This document shows, piece by piece, positions 40,097 through 50,846 of a DNA stretch of 64,000 nucleotides (position 1 is its first letter; every line of letters begins with the position of its first letter). The stretch is from Ignavibacteriota bacterium. Its GTDB lineage: Bacteria > Bacteroidota > Ignavibacteria > UBA10030. Under the pieces are notes generated by a model. It did no database searches. It was not told where the DNA came from and saw only the letters and a program-made list of their open reading frames with translations. A program made the position numbers and the translations under genes. Location of the stretch: NCBI GenBank assembly GCA_963727825.1, contig CAVSHO010000008.1, forward strand, positions 96,001-160,000, written 5' to 3'.

Positions 40097-40660
40097 ATGT
40101 CATTTTTTGAAATTATTCTTATAGCGCTCGGTTTAGCGGCGGATGCATTTGCGGTTTCAATAGCTGCCGGAGCAACAGGTGCAATGCGCGGGCATCGCGC
40201 TATGCTGCGATTATCGTTTCATTTTGGACTTTTTCAATTCATAATGCCCATTCTTGGTTGGTTAGTAGGTCTCAGTATTGAAAGATATGTCCAATCATTC
40301 GATCACTGGATTGTGTTTGGACTGCTTACCTGGGTTGCTGTCCGAATGATTCGATCTGCACGAGCAGACGAGAAAAGCGTTTTTCGACAAGATCCAAGTC
40401 GGGGAACGATGTTAATAGTTCTTTCGGTAGCGACAAGCTTGGATGCGTTGGCGATTGGATTGAGTTTGGCGCTTTTGCGAGTCTCCATCTGGTATCCCTC
40501 AGCTGTGATCGGTGTTGTTACTGGTGCGACATCATTCATCGGTATTTTGCTTGGTCAAAGATTTTCAAAAAAATTCGGTAGAAGGGCAGCAGAAGTGGGA
40601 GGTGCGTTACTTATTGCTATTGGCGTCAGAATTCTTTTAGCTCACATTTTTTCTCTCTGA
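40097..40660 (+). CDS. mntP: Manganese efflux pump MntP
   Basis: LAADAFAVSI, FGLFQ, DHW, ATSLDALAIG. Confidence 0.9.
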   Translation: MSFFEIILIALGLAADAFAVSIAAGATGAMRGHRAMLRLSFHFGLFQFIMPILGWLVGLSIERYVQSFDHWIVFGLLTWVAVRMIRSARADEKSVFRQDPSRGTMLIVLSVATSLDALAIGLSLALLRVSIWYPSAVIGVVTGATSFIGILLGQRFSKKFGRRAAEVGGALLIAIGVRILLAHIFSL

Positions 40661-40696
40661 ATCCTGCTGTCGCTAAAAGAGTATACAAGAAAAAAT

Positions 40697-40807
40697 GGTA
40701 GTGTCTCAGTTTCGTGCGGTCAGGACTTACGTCCTGACCGATCCTGTTGGATGTCAGGAGGAAACTCCTGACATCACTCGCCATTAACATTAAATTGAGA
40801 CACTACC
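40697..40807. mobile_element. MITE/REPIN-like element
   Basis: 16-bp terminal inverted repeats GGTAGTGTCTCAGTTT / AAATTGAGACACTACC (1 mismatch) enclosing two related hairpins CGGTCAGGAC..GTCCTGACCG and GATGTCAGGAG..CTCCTGACATC. Confidence 0.75.
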
Positions 40808-40869
40808 GAAAAAATGATTGATTGTGGTGGCATCTTTTCATAATTTAATTTGGCTTTATAGTTTTTTGA

Positions 40870-42288
<1,419 letters not shown>

Positions 42289-42290
42289 TT

Positions 42291-42701
42291 ATGGCAGATA
42301 AGACTTTCCATTTGGAAATTGTGACACCAAAACGTATTGCGTTCAAAGGTGAAGTCGTAAGTTTTAGTGCGCCGGGCGTTGACGGTGGATTTCAAGTCCT
42401 TCATAGTCATGCACCATTACTTGCATCCGTGAAGATTGGAAAAGTAAAGATTATCGAGACTAGCGGAACTGAATCTCACTATGCTATTTCAGGTGGGTTT
42501 GTTGAAGTGAGAGAGAACAACGTAATTCTATTGGCAGAAACGGCTGAGCGGACGGATGAAATTGACGTAGAGCGAGTGAAAGCGGCGCGCGATCGTGCAT
42601 TGAAACGGTTAGCTGAAAAATATCCCAATACCGATATTGAACGTGCAAAACTGGCTCTTTATCGTGCCCTAAACCGTTTAAAGATTGCCGACGCAAATTA
42701 A
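42291..42701 (+). CDS. atpC: F1 ATP synthase epsilon subunit
   Basis: LEIVTP, HAPL, SGGFVEV, helical C-terminus. Confidence 0.95.
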   Translation: MADKTFHLEIVTPKRIAFKGEVVSFSAPGVDGGFQVLHSHAPLLASVKIGKVKIIETSGTESHYAISGGFVEVRENNVILLAETAERTDEIDVERVKAARDRALKRLAEKYPNTDIERAKLALYRALNRLKIADAN

Positions 42702-42705
42702 CTTG

Positions 42706-42737
42706 AAACCCACCGAGAAATTCAGTGGGTTTTATTT
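42706..42737 (+). terminator. Intrinsic terminator after atpC
   Basis: AAACCCAC..GTGGGTTT stem plus T-rich tail. Confidence 0.65.
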
Positions 42738-42765
42738 GTTAGAAATTCCGGTATAGGAATCAGAA

Positions 42766-43917
42766 ATGATTGCGGGAATTGAAACCTATAAGAACAGGCC
42801 TACGCGTGCAGAAATATCATTTGAAAATTTGCGCAATAATTTTTCTATCGTCAAATCATTAATAAACAAAGATGTAAAAATAATGGCGATGGTGAAGGCA
42901 AATGCGTATGGGCATGGGCTTTATGAAATTTCCAGCGAGCTTTTAAACCAAGGCGTTGACTATTTAGGGGTAGCAGTTCTCGAAGAGGGAGTATATTTAC
43001 GAGAACGTGGAATTACCGCCCCAATTCTTGTGCTTGGGTCAATCAATGTAGACCAAATTGCTGATTTTATTACTCATGACATTGAAATTACAAGCTCATC
43101 AATTGACAAATCGATTGCCATTGCCGCTGTGGCAAAAGAGATGCGGAAAGCCGCATCGGTTCATTTAAAAATCGATACCGGAATGGAACGAATCGGTGTA
43201 CATTGGTATAATGCCAAACAATTCATCGAAAAATCATACGAGTTGGAATCAATCAAGATAAAAGGTATATTCTCGCATCTGGCAAAGGCAGAATCGGATG
43301 CCGATTTTACGGTACAACAATTGAACCGCTTTGAATCGGTATTAAATAGCATGGAGAAAAAGGGGCTTCTCCCCGAGCTCGTTCACCTTGCCAATTCTGC
43401 CGGGATCATAAATTATAAGGATTCGCATTATTCGATGGTGCGGCCGGGAATTATGTTGTACGGATATAACCCGAACGGGTATCTGCCAGATGTTACGTTT
43501 AACGGGGAAAAATTGAAGCCGGTGATGACGCTGAAAACAAAAGTTTCTTTTTTTAAGGTAGTTCCTGCACATACAGGAATAAGTTATAACCATACTTACA
43601 TTACGAATGATCAAACGCGTATCGTTACGCTTCCCGTAGGATATGGAGACGGATATTTTCGTCTGCTTTCGAATAAAGGCGTGGTTATTATTCGTGGAAT
43701 AAAATATCCAGTGGTAGGATCGGTGTGCATGGATCAATGCATGGTAGATATTGGTATGAGTGGAACTGCGTATAACGGCGATGACGTTTTGCTTTTTGGT
43801 AATATGGATAACTTTACGATCCCGCTTGAATCCCTCTGCGATAAAATCGGGACGATCACATATGAGTTTCTATGCGGGATCAGTTCACGTGTTCCACGAA
43901 TCTATAGGACAATATGA
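42766..43917 (+). CDS. alr: Alanine racemase
   Basis: MVKANAYGHG, KIDTGMER, GYGDG, CMDQ, TITYE. Confidence 0.96.
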   Translation: MIAGIETYKNRPTRAEISFENLRNNFSIVKSLINKDVKIMAMVKANAYGHGLYEISSELLNQGVDYLGVAVLEEGVYLRERGITAPILVLGSINVDQIADFITHDIEITSSSIDKSIAIAAVAKEMRKAASVHLKIDTGMERIGVHWYNAKQFIEKSYELESIKIKGIFSHLAKAESDADFTVQQLNRFESVLNSMEKKGLLPELVHLANSAGIINYKDSHYSMVRPGIMLYGYNPNGYLPDVTFNGEKLKPVMTLKTKVSFFKVVPAHTGISYNHTYITNDQTRIVTLPVGYGDGYFRLLSNKGVVIIRGIKYPVVGSVCMDQCMVDIGMSGTAYNGDDVLLFGNMDNFTIPLESLCDKIGTITYEFLCGISSRVPRIYRTI

Positions 43918-44780
43918 GCCGCACTCAGCAATACATCTCCATTCTTCTCGAGCGTTTGCCAAAATATGAACTTCGCTCGTACGAACATCAGACTACTCTT
44001 GATCGAATTCGTGATCGAGTTTCGTCCACTTCAGATATTCATGCAGAGCTTCTAAAACTGTATCAAGTAAAGGGCTGTGCTGATTTTGCCCTTAGTTTAA
44101 TGTGGATTGCGGACAAAGTAGAGAAGGATTCTACTAAAGAAGAATCAACGATCGATGAAGAGACGCTCGTGTTTTCTAAGTTCCGACAGGCAGTTGGAGA
44201 TGTATCAACCCCGGAGCAAGAATCGAATTCTGACGGAACGACATTTGACACTCCTGGTTCGCAAGAATTTGGATCGATACCGTCATCTGAGCCAAAATTA
44301 GAATTCGATCTTTCATCACCGCCGGAATTTGGATCAATTCCTGCACCGGAGCCGACAATAGATGCGATTTTTGGTACGGCAGAACAAGCTCCTGAAATAA
44401 CACAGTCGACGAGTGGCGGTTCAACTTCTGAAAATAAACAAGAACTTAGTTTTGCACTCTTGCTGGAACAATTTTTAGAAGCCGTACAAAGCGGCAATGA
44501 TGTCCGAACAAAGTTGTTATCTGATATTTTAAGCGAATGCAATACAGTACTTGCCTCTGGCTCTGAACCAGAAGATTACAAGCAGTTTTGTAAGTTGCTT
44601 ACGGAATTTCTTCAGTATATCTCAAATAACCAATACCTCGATGATGTCCGCGTGATGAATATCCTTTCCAATATTCAAGATCCATTCGCTCAATGGGCAC
44701 GAAGCAAACCAAACGATCGAACTGGCGTCTTGGATTCGGTAAATGATATTCTCCGCGATTTTAAAACAATGTTTGAATAG
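43914..44780 (+). CDS. Hypothetical protein: two helical regions joined by an acidic Pro/Ser-rich linker
   Basis: 288 aa ORF overlapping the alr stop by 4 nt, 5 nt before manC. Confidence 0.75.
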   Translation: MSRTQQYISILLERLPKYELRSYEHQTTLDRIRDRVSSTSDIHAELLKLYQVKGCADFALSLMWIADKVEKDSTKEESTIDEETLVFSKFRQAVGDVSTPEQESNSDGTTFDTPGSQEFGSIPSSEPKLEFDLSSPPEFGSIPAPEPTIDAIFGTAEQAPEITQSTSGGSTSENKQELSFALLLEQFLEAVQSGNDVRTKLLSDILSECNTVLASGSEPEDYKQFCKLLTEFLQYISNNQYLDDVRVMNILSNIQDPFAQWARSKPNDRTGVLDSVNDILRDFKTMFE

Positions 44781-44785
44781 GGAAT

Positions 44786-45877
44786 ATGAATCAACCTAAT
44801 ATCTACGCAGTAATAATGGCGGGTGGTGTCGGATCGCGTTTCTGGCCTCAAAGTCGTGAACGATCACCCAAACAAGTTCTCGAAATTGTCGGTTCTGGTT
44901 CCATGATTTCCAATACCATTGCGCGCATTCAGCCGTTGGTTCGAGCAGATAAAACATTGGTTGTGACGAATAAGCTTCAAAAAGATATCATCCACAAACA
45001 AGTGCCTTCATTACCTCTGCAAAACGTGCTTACTGAACCACTTGGAAGGAATACAGCGCCTTGTATCGGACTTGCCGCGAAATGGATTAACCACTATGAT
45101 CCAGACGCTATTATGGTAATTCTTCCAGCAGACCATATAATTCGGGACACGGAAGAATTTTTACACGTGCTCCAACGTGCTATTCACGTAGCACAGGAAA
45201 GTGACGCGTTGGTGACTATAGGTATTAAACCAACACACCCAGAAACGGGATATGGTTATATCCAGTTTGAAGATTCTTCAGAAACGAATCCGTATACAGC
45301 AGATGGCATTTACCGGGTGAAGACATTTGCAGAGAAGCCAAATCTTGAAACAGCAGAAAAGTTTCTAAAGAGCGGCGACTTTCTTTGGAACAGCGGGATG
45401 TTTATCTGGAAGACGAGTGTAATTTTGCAGGAAATTGAAAAACATATTCCAGAACTTGGCGAACAGTTGACAAAGTTAGAACATGCAATTGGCACAGAGA
45501 CTTACCAAGCGACTCTTGAACGCGTATACGGAGTCATTCGCAGCATCTCCATCGATTATGGCGTAATGGAAAAAGCATCGAAGGTTTTTGTGGCAAAAGG
45601 AGATTTCGGATGGAGTGATGTCGGTTCGTGGGATGAAGTGGTTCGCCTAACACCAATCGATGGGGAGGGCAATGCACTACGTGGGACAGTTATTGTAAAA
45701 GACTCACATCGAAATTATATTGACGCAGGCGACAAAGTGGTAGCTACGATTGGCATTGAAGATGTCATCGTGGTAGCGACAGATGACGCTGTGTTGATCT
45801 GTAAAAAAGGAAGATCACAAGATGTTAAGGAGGTTGTGGATTTCCTCCGGCGAAAACAAATCAATGGACTGTTGTAG
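44786..45877 (+). CDS. manC: Mannose-1-phosphate guanylyltransferase
   Basis: MAGGVGSRFWP, EPLGRNTAP, PADH, ETGYGYI, FAEKP, WNSGMF, SIDYGVMEK, WSDVGSW. Confidence 0.95.
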   Translation: MNQPNIYAVIMAGGVGSRFWPQSRERSPKQVLEIVGSGSMISNTIARIQPLVRADKTLVVTNKLQKDIIHKQVPSLPLQNVLTEPLGRNTAPCIGLAAKWINHYDPDAIMVILPADHIIRDTEEFLHVLQRAIHVAQESDALVTIGIKPTHPETGYGYIQFEDSSETNPYTADGIYRVKTFAEKPNLETAEKFLKSGDFLWNSGMFIWKTSVILQEIEKHIPELGEQLTKLEHAIGTETYQATLERVYGVIRSISIDYGVMEKASKVFVAKGDFGWSDVGSWDEVVRLTPIDGEGNALRGTVIVKDSHRNYIDAGDKVVATIGIEDVIVVATDDAVLICKKGRSQDVKEVVDFLRRKQINGLL

Positions 45878-46343
45878 ACAATGGGTGATTTGGGTTCTGT
45901 GCTGTGCAACAACCTTTCTGCTTGTTAGCTGCACTTCAACACCGAGATTTGCGGGGCGAGGTGAACAGCAATACGGCGAACGCAAACCGACGGCACAAAC
46001 TGAACAACCTATTCATCACGATTCGGGGAAAATTCTGCTAACGATCGAAGGAATTGCTTCCTATTATGCAAATGATTTTAATGGCAAGCAGACCTCGAAC
46101 GGTGAGATCTTTGATATGAATGCACTCACCGCTGCGCATCGGACATTTCCATTCGGGACAAAAGTGCGAGTGACAAATTTGGAGAATAATAAAATCGTTG
46201 TGGTACGTGTCAACGATCGCGGGCCCTTTAAGGAAGGGCGAATGATGGATTTATCGATGGCCGCAGCTAAGGAAATAGATTTAATTGGTACTGGTACTGC
46301 GCGTGTGCGCTTGGAAGTGCTGGAATGGGGAAATGGACAATAG
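45864..46343 (+). CDS. rlpA: RlpA-like lipoprotein (DPBB lytic transglycosylase)
   Basis: Lipobox LVSC; GIASYY, TSNGE, TAAHRT, VNDRGPF, DLS. Confidence 0.9.
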   Translation: MDCCRQWVIWVLCCATTFLLVSCTSTPRFAGRGEQQYGERKPTAQTEQPIHHDSGKILLTIEGIASYYANDFNGKQTSNGEIFDMNALTAAHRTFPFGTKVRVTNLENNKIVVVRVNDRGPFKEGRMMDLSMAAAKEIDLIGTGTARVRLEVLEWGNGQ

Positions 46344-46349
46344 AATACC

Positions 46350-47024
46350 TTGAAACGTCCTTTGATTACTGAACGAGATGTGGTTGATGCTGCAAGGCTT
46401 GGAACAAAGGTACTTAAGATCCAACCAAATTCTATCATAACTGCCGCCGCTAAAGAAAAAGCCCAGAGATGCAACATCGAGTTCTCCGTCCAGGCACAAA
46501 GCATAAAAATTTCATCAGTATCTAATCAAAAGACAATTTCCGAGATACAATCTCAGATATCTCGAAAAAAACCGATGACGATTGCAATTGGTTCTGATCA
46601 TGGCGGTTTCGCGATGAAGGAAGCTCTCAAAATATATCTCGCGGAACAAGGGAATCAAATTATCGATGTGGGGACAGATTCCGAACAACCGTGCGATTAT
46701 CCTGATTTTGCCTATGCCGTAGCATCTCTTGTTTCTTCAAACAAAGCTGAACGCGGTATTATGATTGATAGCGTCGGTGTGGCATCGGCAATTGTAGCCA
46801 ATAAAGTGCCTGGCGTGCGTGCGGTTCCTTGTTACGATGAGTTTGTGGCGCGCAGTAGCCGTGAGCATAACAATGCTAATATTCTTACACTTGGCAGTAA
46901 AGTTTTAGGAATTGAAATGGTGAAATCAATCGTCAATCTTTGGTTAGATACTCCTTTTGCCGGTGGTAGGCATTTACCCAGAGTGAATAAAATCGGTGAT
47001 GTTGAAAAGCGATTTTTTAAGTAA
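46350..47024 (+). CDS. rpiB: Ribose-5-phosphate isomerase B family protein with ~75 aa N-terminal extension
   Basis: IAIGSDHGG, DYPDFA, ANKVPGVRA, HNNAN, FAGGRH; TTG start. Confidence 0.9.
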   Translation: MKRPLITERDVVDAARLGTKVLKIQPNSIITAAAKEKAQRCNIEFSVQAQSIKISSVSNQKTISEIQSQISRKKPMTIAIGSDHGGFAMKEALKIYLAEQGNQIIDVGTDSEQPCDYPDFAYAVASLVSSNKAERGIMIDSVGVASAIVANKVPGVRAVPCYDEFVARSSREHNNANILTLGSKVLGIEMVKSIVNLWLDTPFAGGRHLPRVNKIGDVEKRFFK

Positions 47025-47054
47025 TTCCAATAGGAAATATCCTATAAATTCTAG

Positions 47055-47087
47055 ACCGCATAACCTTACATTGATGCGGTTTTTTTA
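47055..47087 (+). terminator. Intrinsic terminator after rpiB
   Basis: ACCGCAT...ATGCGGT stem plus T run. Confidence 0.7.
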
Positions 47088-47106
47088 TTAAATTTAGAGT
47101 AATGAA

Positions 47107-47328
47107 ATGAAGTTCAAAATTACAGTCAAACCGAATGCAAGAAAGAACGAAGTTATACGAATCGCCGATGGCACACTCGTTGTTCATGTTGCTGTGCCGC
47201 CAATTGAAGGGAAGGCAAACGAGAAAGTGATAGAAGTTTTATCAGAATATTTAAAAAAGCCCAAGCGATCCATTTCTATTGTTTCTGGTTTCAGAGGAAG
47301 AGACAAAATTATTGAAATCGAGGGATGA
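47107..47328 (+). CDS. DUF167 (YggU) family protein
   Basis: VKPNA, PPIEGKAN, IVSG..R.K. Confidence 0.88.
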   Translation: MKFKITVKPNARKNEVIRIADGTLVVHVAVPPIEGKANEKVIEVLSEYLKKPKRSISIVSGFRGRDKIIEIEG

Positions 47329-47499
47329 AGATAAAACTTATTGTGGCGAAAATTGGCAAAAAACGCACATCTATTTCTGAACATACCAACCGTTATTGAT
47401 TCAAGCAATAGAATTGGCTATATTGGATTTGCAATGGAACGCAAATGGAAAATTGAGCGTTCTTAGAATAACGGATGTTAAACAACTTCGGAAGACTTA

Positions 47500-48261
47500 A
47501 TGACTATTGCTGAAAATGGGAAAGGGCTGAAATTTTGCAGTCCTTTAGTGGCATTTTTTTTAATTCTAAGTTCGTTTATGCTATTTGGGTGTTCGCAGCA
47601 AGTAACGAGCGCGAAATTTGTTCAAAAAGCCGGAAGCTCCATTGAAGATATAACCGAAAGCACTATCCCTTCACAGCCATCTCCATTTGCATCGATGAGT
47701 ACAGCTGGTTTGAATCAATATATTCCATTGGTAAAAAAATACTCAGAAGAGTATAAAGTCGATTGGATATTGGTTCTGGCTGTAATGAAGCAGGAATCAA
47801 GATTTGACAATGAAGCAGTTAGCTATAGAGGCGCATATGGATTGATGCAAATCATGCCCCTAACGCAAATTGAAATTGCAGAAAAGATAGGCGTAGATGA
47901 AGCATCTACACCGCGTAATAATATCAAGGCAGGCATCTATCATTTGAAATCGCTCTTTTCTATGTTTAAAAATATACAAAGGGAAGATAGAATTTGCCTT
48001 ACTCTTGCTGCGTATAATGCCGGACTTGGACGCGTGCAGGATGCTCAGAAGATAGCTGCCTATATGGGAAACGATCCTCATAAATGGTCTTCCATTAGCA
48101 CAGCACTTCCATTTCTATCGATAAAGAACTACACTTTGCATAACCGTATTTGGAGTACGGGCTGCCCTCCTAACGGATATTTGCACAGCGCGCGGCAGAC
48201 AATTGAATATGTTGATAACATTATGAGTTGCTATGACCGTTACAGTTTGGCATTAAAGTAA
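47500..48261 (+). CDS. Lytic transglycosylase (MltF-like SLT domain), probable lipoprotein
   Basis: KQESRF, GAYGLMQI, AAYNAG; LFGC lipobox. Confidence 0.88.
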   Translation: MTIAENGKGLKFCSPLVAFFLILSSFMLFGCSQQVTSAKFVQKAGSSIEDITESTIPSQPSPFASMSTAGLNQYIPLVKKYSEEYKVDWILVLAVMKQESRFDNEAVSYRGAYGLMQIMPLTQIEIAEKIGVDEASTPRNNIKAGIYHLKSLFSMFKNIQREDRICLTLAAYNAGLGRVQDAQKIAAYMGNDPHKWSSISTALPFLSIKNYTLHNRIWSTGCPPNGYLHSARQTIEYVDNIMSCYDRYSLALK

Positions 48262-48425
48262 CATTATAAAAATCAACACAATTCTTTACTTTCCATTTGA
48301 GGTTCCTGTATTAATAAACAATTCCATTGGACTGCGCCGTTTGTTATGCAATACCATCTTTGTTGTTTTTCTCGTGTTCTTGTCTCTTTCATAGAGATCG
48401 ATTTCTAGAAACCACAAGAAACAGC

Positions 48426-48454
48426 TTGACATTTAGGCGTGGTAGATATATATT
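48426..48454 (+). promoter_or_regulatory. Sigma70-type promoter upstream of the decayed OMP gene
   Basis: TTGACA-17 nt-TATATT. Confidence 0.55.
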
Positions 48455-48535
48455 TTTCATTATCTTCGACTGACAATTTCATGTATGGATTAAACCACAA
48501 TTTCTAATTTCACTAACCTAATAAGGAGATATACA

Positions 48536-49143
48536 ATGAAACACATTCTATAGTATTTCGCGATTGCATTGTTAGCTTCGTTTGCACTCAGCGCAATCAG
48601 TTTGGGGACAGATCGCCTATAAAGTCAGCTGGTGGTCAGGTGTAGAACTTGCTTTACCAATAGGTGATTGGGTTGATGCGTTTAGGACGGGTTCATCATC
48701 ATGTTTACGGTTTATTCCTGGCAAAATATGGCTAAATCAGAATATTTTCGTTGTAGGTCAATTGGGATATACAATGTGGCAGTTAAAAGACTATGCAGCT
48801 GGGTATTCCGGAAGGGTTCAACATTCCTTTGAAATTGCTAAATGGACGTAAAGTTATATTATTATTGAGCAAGCAAGTGCTCATGTCTTTTATGAGCTTG
48901 GTCCAAATTGGAATTCATTCCGTATAGCACAACAACTACTTGGATCTGCAATTCCTTCAGTTACTTATTTTGAATTCTATCCCCGGTACTGCTGTGGTGA
49001 TGTGACAAGTAGCGCTAGCAAATTTGTCATTAATCTTGGTGTTGGTTATCAATTTTCCCAATTTTGATGCTACATGTGAAATATGCATTAATGGCGATAT
49101 AAGCTATCTTGCCATTAATGTGGCATATGTAGTTCCATTGTAA
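48536..49143 (+). pseudogene. Decayed small outer-membrane beta-barrel gene
   Basis: AAGGAG RBS, MKHIL*YFAIALLASFALSAISLG signal peptide with an internal stop, fragments GVELALPIGD, VGQLGY, FVINLGVGYQF and a terminal YLAINVAYVVPL*, separated by frameshifts. Confidence 0.7.
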
Positions 49144-49172
49144 TTTCTTAGTAGCCATCGAATAGCGAAGAC

Positions 49173-49209
49173 AAGGGAGAAAATCGAAAGGGTTTTTCTC
49201 CCTTTTTTT
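49173..49209 (+). terminator. Intrinsic terminator after the OMP pseudogene
   Basis: AAGGGAGAAAA..TTTTCTCCCTT stem plus T7. Confidence 0.75.
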
Positions 49210-49217
49210 ATCTCCAT

Positions 49218-49265
49218 AACCTTGTCAAGGTCACAATGGTTAATCAAAGAAACCTTGACAAGGTT
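49218..49265. repeat. REP-like inverted pair
   Basis: ACCTTGTCAAGGT ... ACCTTGACAAGGT; each half is itself palindromic and they are mutually inverted. Confidence 0.6.
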
Positions 49266-49319
49266 TCCAAGGTTTCGGTTTTTGGAAGGCTGCTTTTTAT
49301 TTTGTATCTTACATTTACC

Positions 49320-50846
49320 ATGAAAGAATTCGCTATCGCAGAAGGAAAGCCACGCTGTCATTGCGGCGTTTTTGGAGTGTTCGGTCATCCAGAGGCATCT
49401 GTATTTTGTTACTACGGCTTGCACGCCCTTCAGCATCGTGGACAAGAGGCGGCAGGAATTGTTTCCAGCGAGTGGCCTGAGGATCCCATCGTAGGGGATG
49501 CAGAACAGCGGCAAAAGAAGAAAAGACACTTCAATATTCAAAAAGGCATCGGGCTTGTTGCAGATGTTTTTAAGGATGAAGACATCCTTCGCAAAGATCT
49601 TAAGGGCAATGCCGCGATCGGACACAACAGGTATTCCACAACAGGTTCTTCTGATAACAAATCTAATATTCAGCCCTTTGTGGTGAACTACAAGACAGGT
49701 AATCTTGCACTCAGCCATAATGGGAATCTGACCAATTACCGAATACTCCGCCATCAGCTTCAAGAAGATGGAACGATTTTCCAGTCAACTTCTGATAGCG
49801 AAATCATCTTACACCTCATTGCTCACAGCAAACAAAAAGAGCAAATTCTTCAAATTAAAGAAGCTCTGGATGTTGTGGAAGGCGCTTATTCACTTGTCAT
49901 TCTAACGGATGATAGTTTGATTGCTGCGCGCGACCCTCACGGATTTCGCCCTCTCGCACTTGGCAAAGTAGATGGAGCGTACGTCGTTGCTTCAGAAACT
50001 TGCGCTTTCGATATTAATGGTGCTGAATACTTACGCGATATTGCACCCGGCGAAATTGTGGTGATAGATAAAGATGTGGTCGCGACAGGAAATGTTAAGT
50101 CGTACTGGGTTTCCAAGAAATCTTCACAGCCGCATCATTGTATTTTTGAATATATTTATTTTGCGCGTCCGGATAGTAAAGTTTTCGGGGTCAATGTTGA
50201 TAAAGTGCGTCGCAAATTAGGAAAACTTCTTGCCAGCGAAAATCCGATAATACAAGAATCTGCTGATGATAAAATAATCGTTATTAGCGTTCCTGATTCC
50301 AGTAATACCTGTACTCTTGGATATGTTTCCGAAAGCAATAAGCAAGGATTAAAAGTAAAATTAGAACTTGGCCTTATCCGCAATCACTATGTTGGGCGCA
50401 CCTTTATACAGCCGCAGCAGAATCATCGCGAGTTGAAAGTGAAGGTGAAATTCAACACTGTGAAGGGAGTGTTGAAAGATAAGAAAGTCGTAATTGTTGA
50501 TGATTCAATTGTTCGAGGGACAACATCAAAATTGTTGGTGAAGATGATTCGAGAGGCGGAACCTAAGGAAGTGCACTTTCGCATTTCCAGTCCACCTATA
50601 AAATTTCCATGTTATTACGGAATGGATTTTCCAAGCCGCGAAGAATTAATTGCAAACAGATTAAATGGTGACATCGAAGCCATTCGGCAGGAATTAGGTG
50701 TCAACAGTCTTTCCTATCTGCCGATGGAAAAACTTCTTGCATCAGCTCCGACGGAAGAAGGCAAACATTATTGCACGGCTTGTTTCAGCGGCAACTATCC
50801 AGTGCCTATAGATCCGGAAGCGGAAAAGAACGAAAACGATCAGTGA
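49320..50846 (+). CDS. purF: Amidophosphoribosyltransferase
   Basis: Propeptide then CGVFG, LQHRGQE, GHNRYST, HNGNL, CIFEYIYFARPDS, VDDSIVRGTT, CTACF. Confidence 0.97.
   Translation: MKEFAIAEGKPRCHCGVFGVFGHPEASVFCYYGLHALQHRGQEAAGIVSSEWPEDPIVGDAEQRQKKKRHFNIQKGIGLVADVFKDEDILRKDLKGNAAIGHNRYSTTGSSDNKSNIQPFVVNYKTGNLALSHNGNLTNYRILRHQLQEDGTIFQSTSDSEIILHLIAHSKQKEQILQIKEALDVVEGAYSLVILTDDSLIAARDPHGFRPLALGKVDGAYVVASETCAFDINGAEYLRDIAPGEIVVIDKDVVATGNVKSYWVSKKSSQPHHCIFEYIYFARPDSKVFGVNVDKVRRKLGKLLASENPIIQESADDKIIVISVPDSSNTCTLGYVSESNKQGLKVKLELGLIRNHYVGRTFIQPQQNHRELKVKVKFNTVKGVLKDKKVVIVDDSIVRGTTSKLLVKMIREAEPKEVHFRISSPPIKFPCYYGMDFPSREELIANRLNGDIEAIRQELGVNSLSYLPMEKLLASAPTEEGKHYCTACFSGNYPVPIDPEAEKNENDQ

Noticed and set aside
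49104-49763. 219-aa minus-strand ORF
   Set aside because: Antisense to purF and crosses a terminator and repeat; no motifs.
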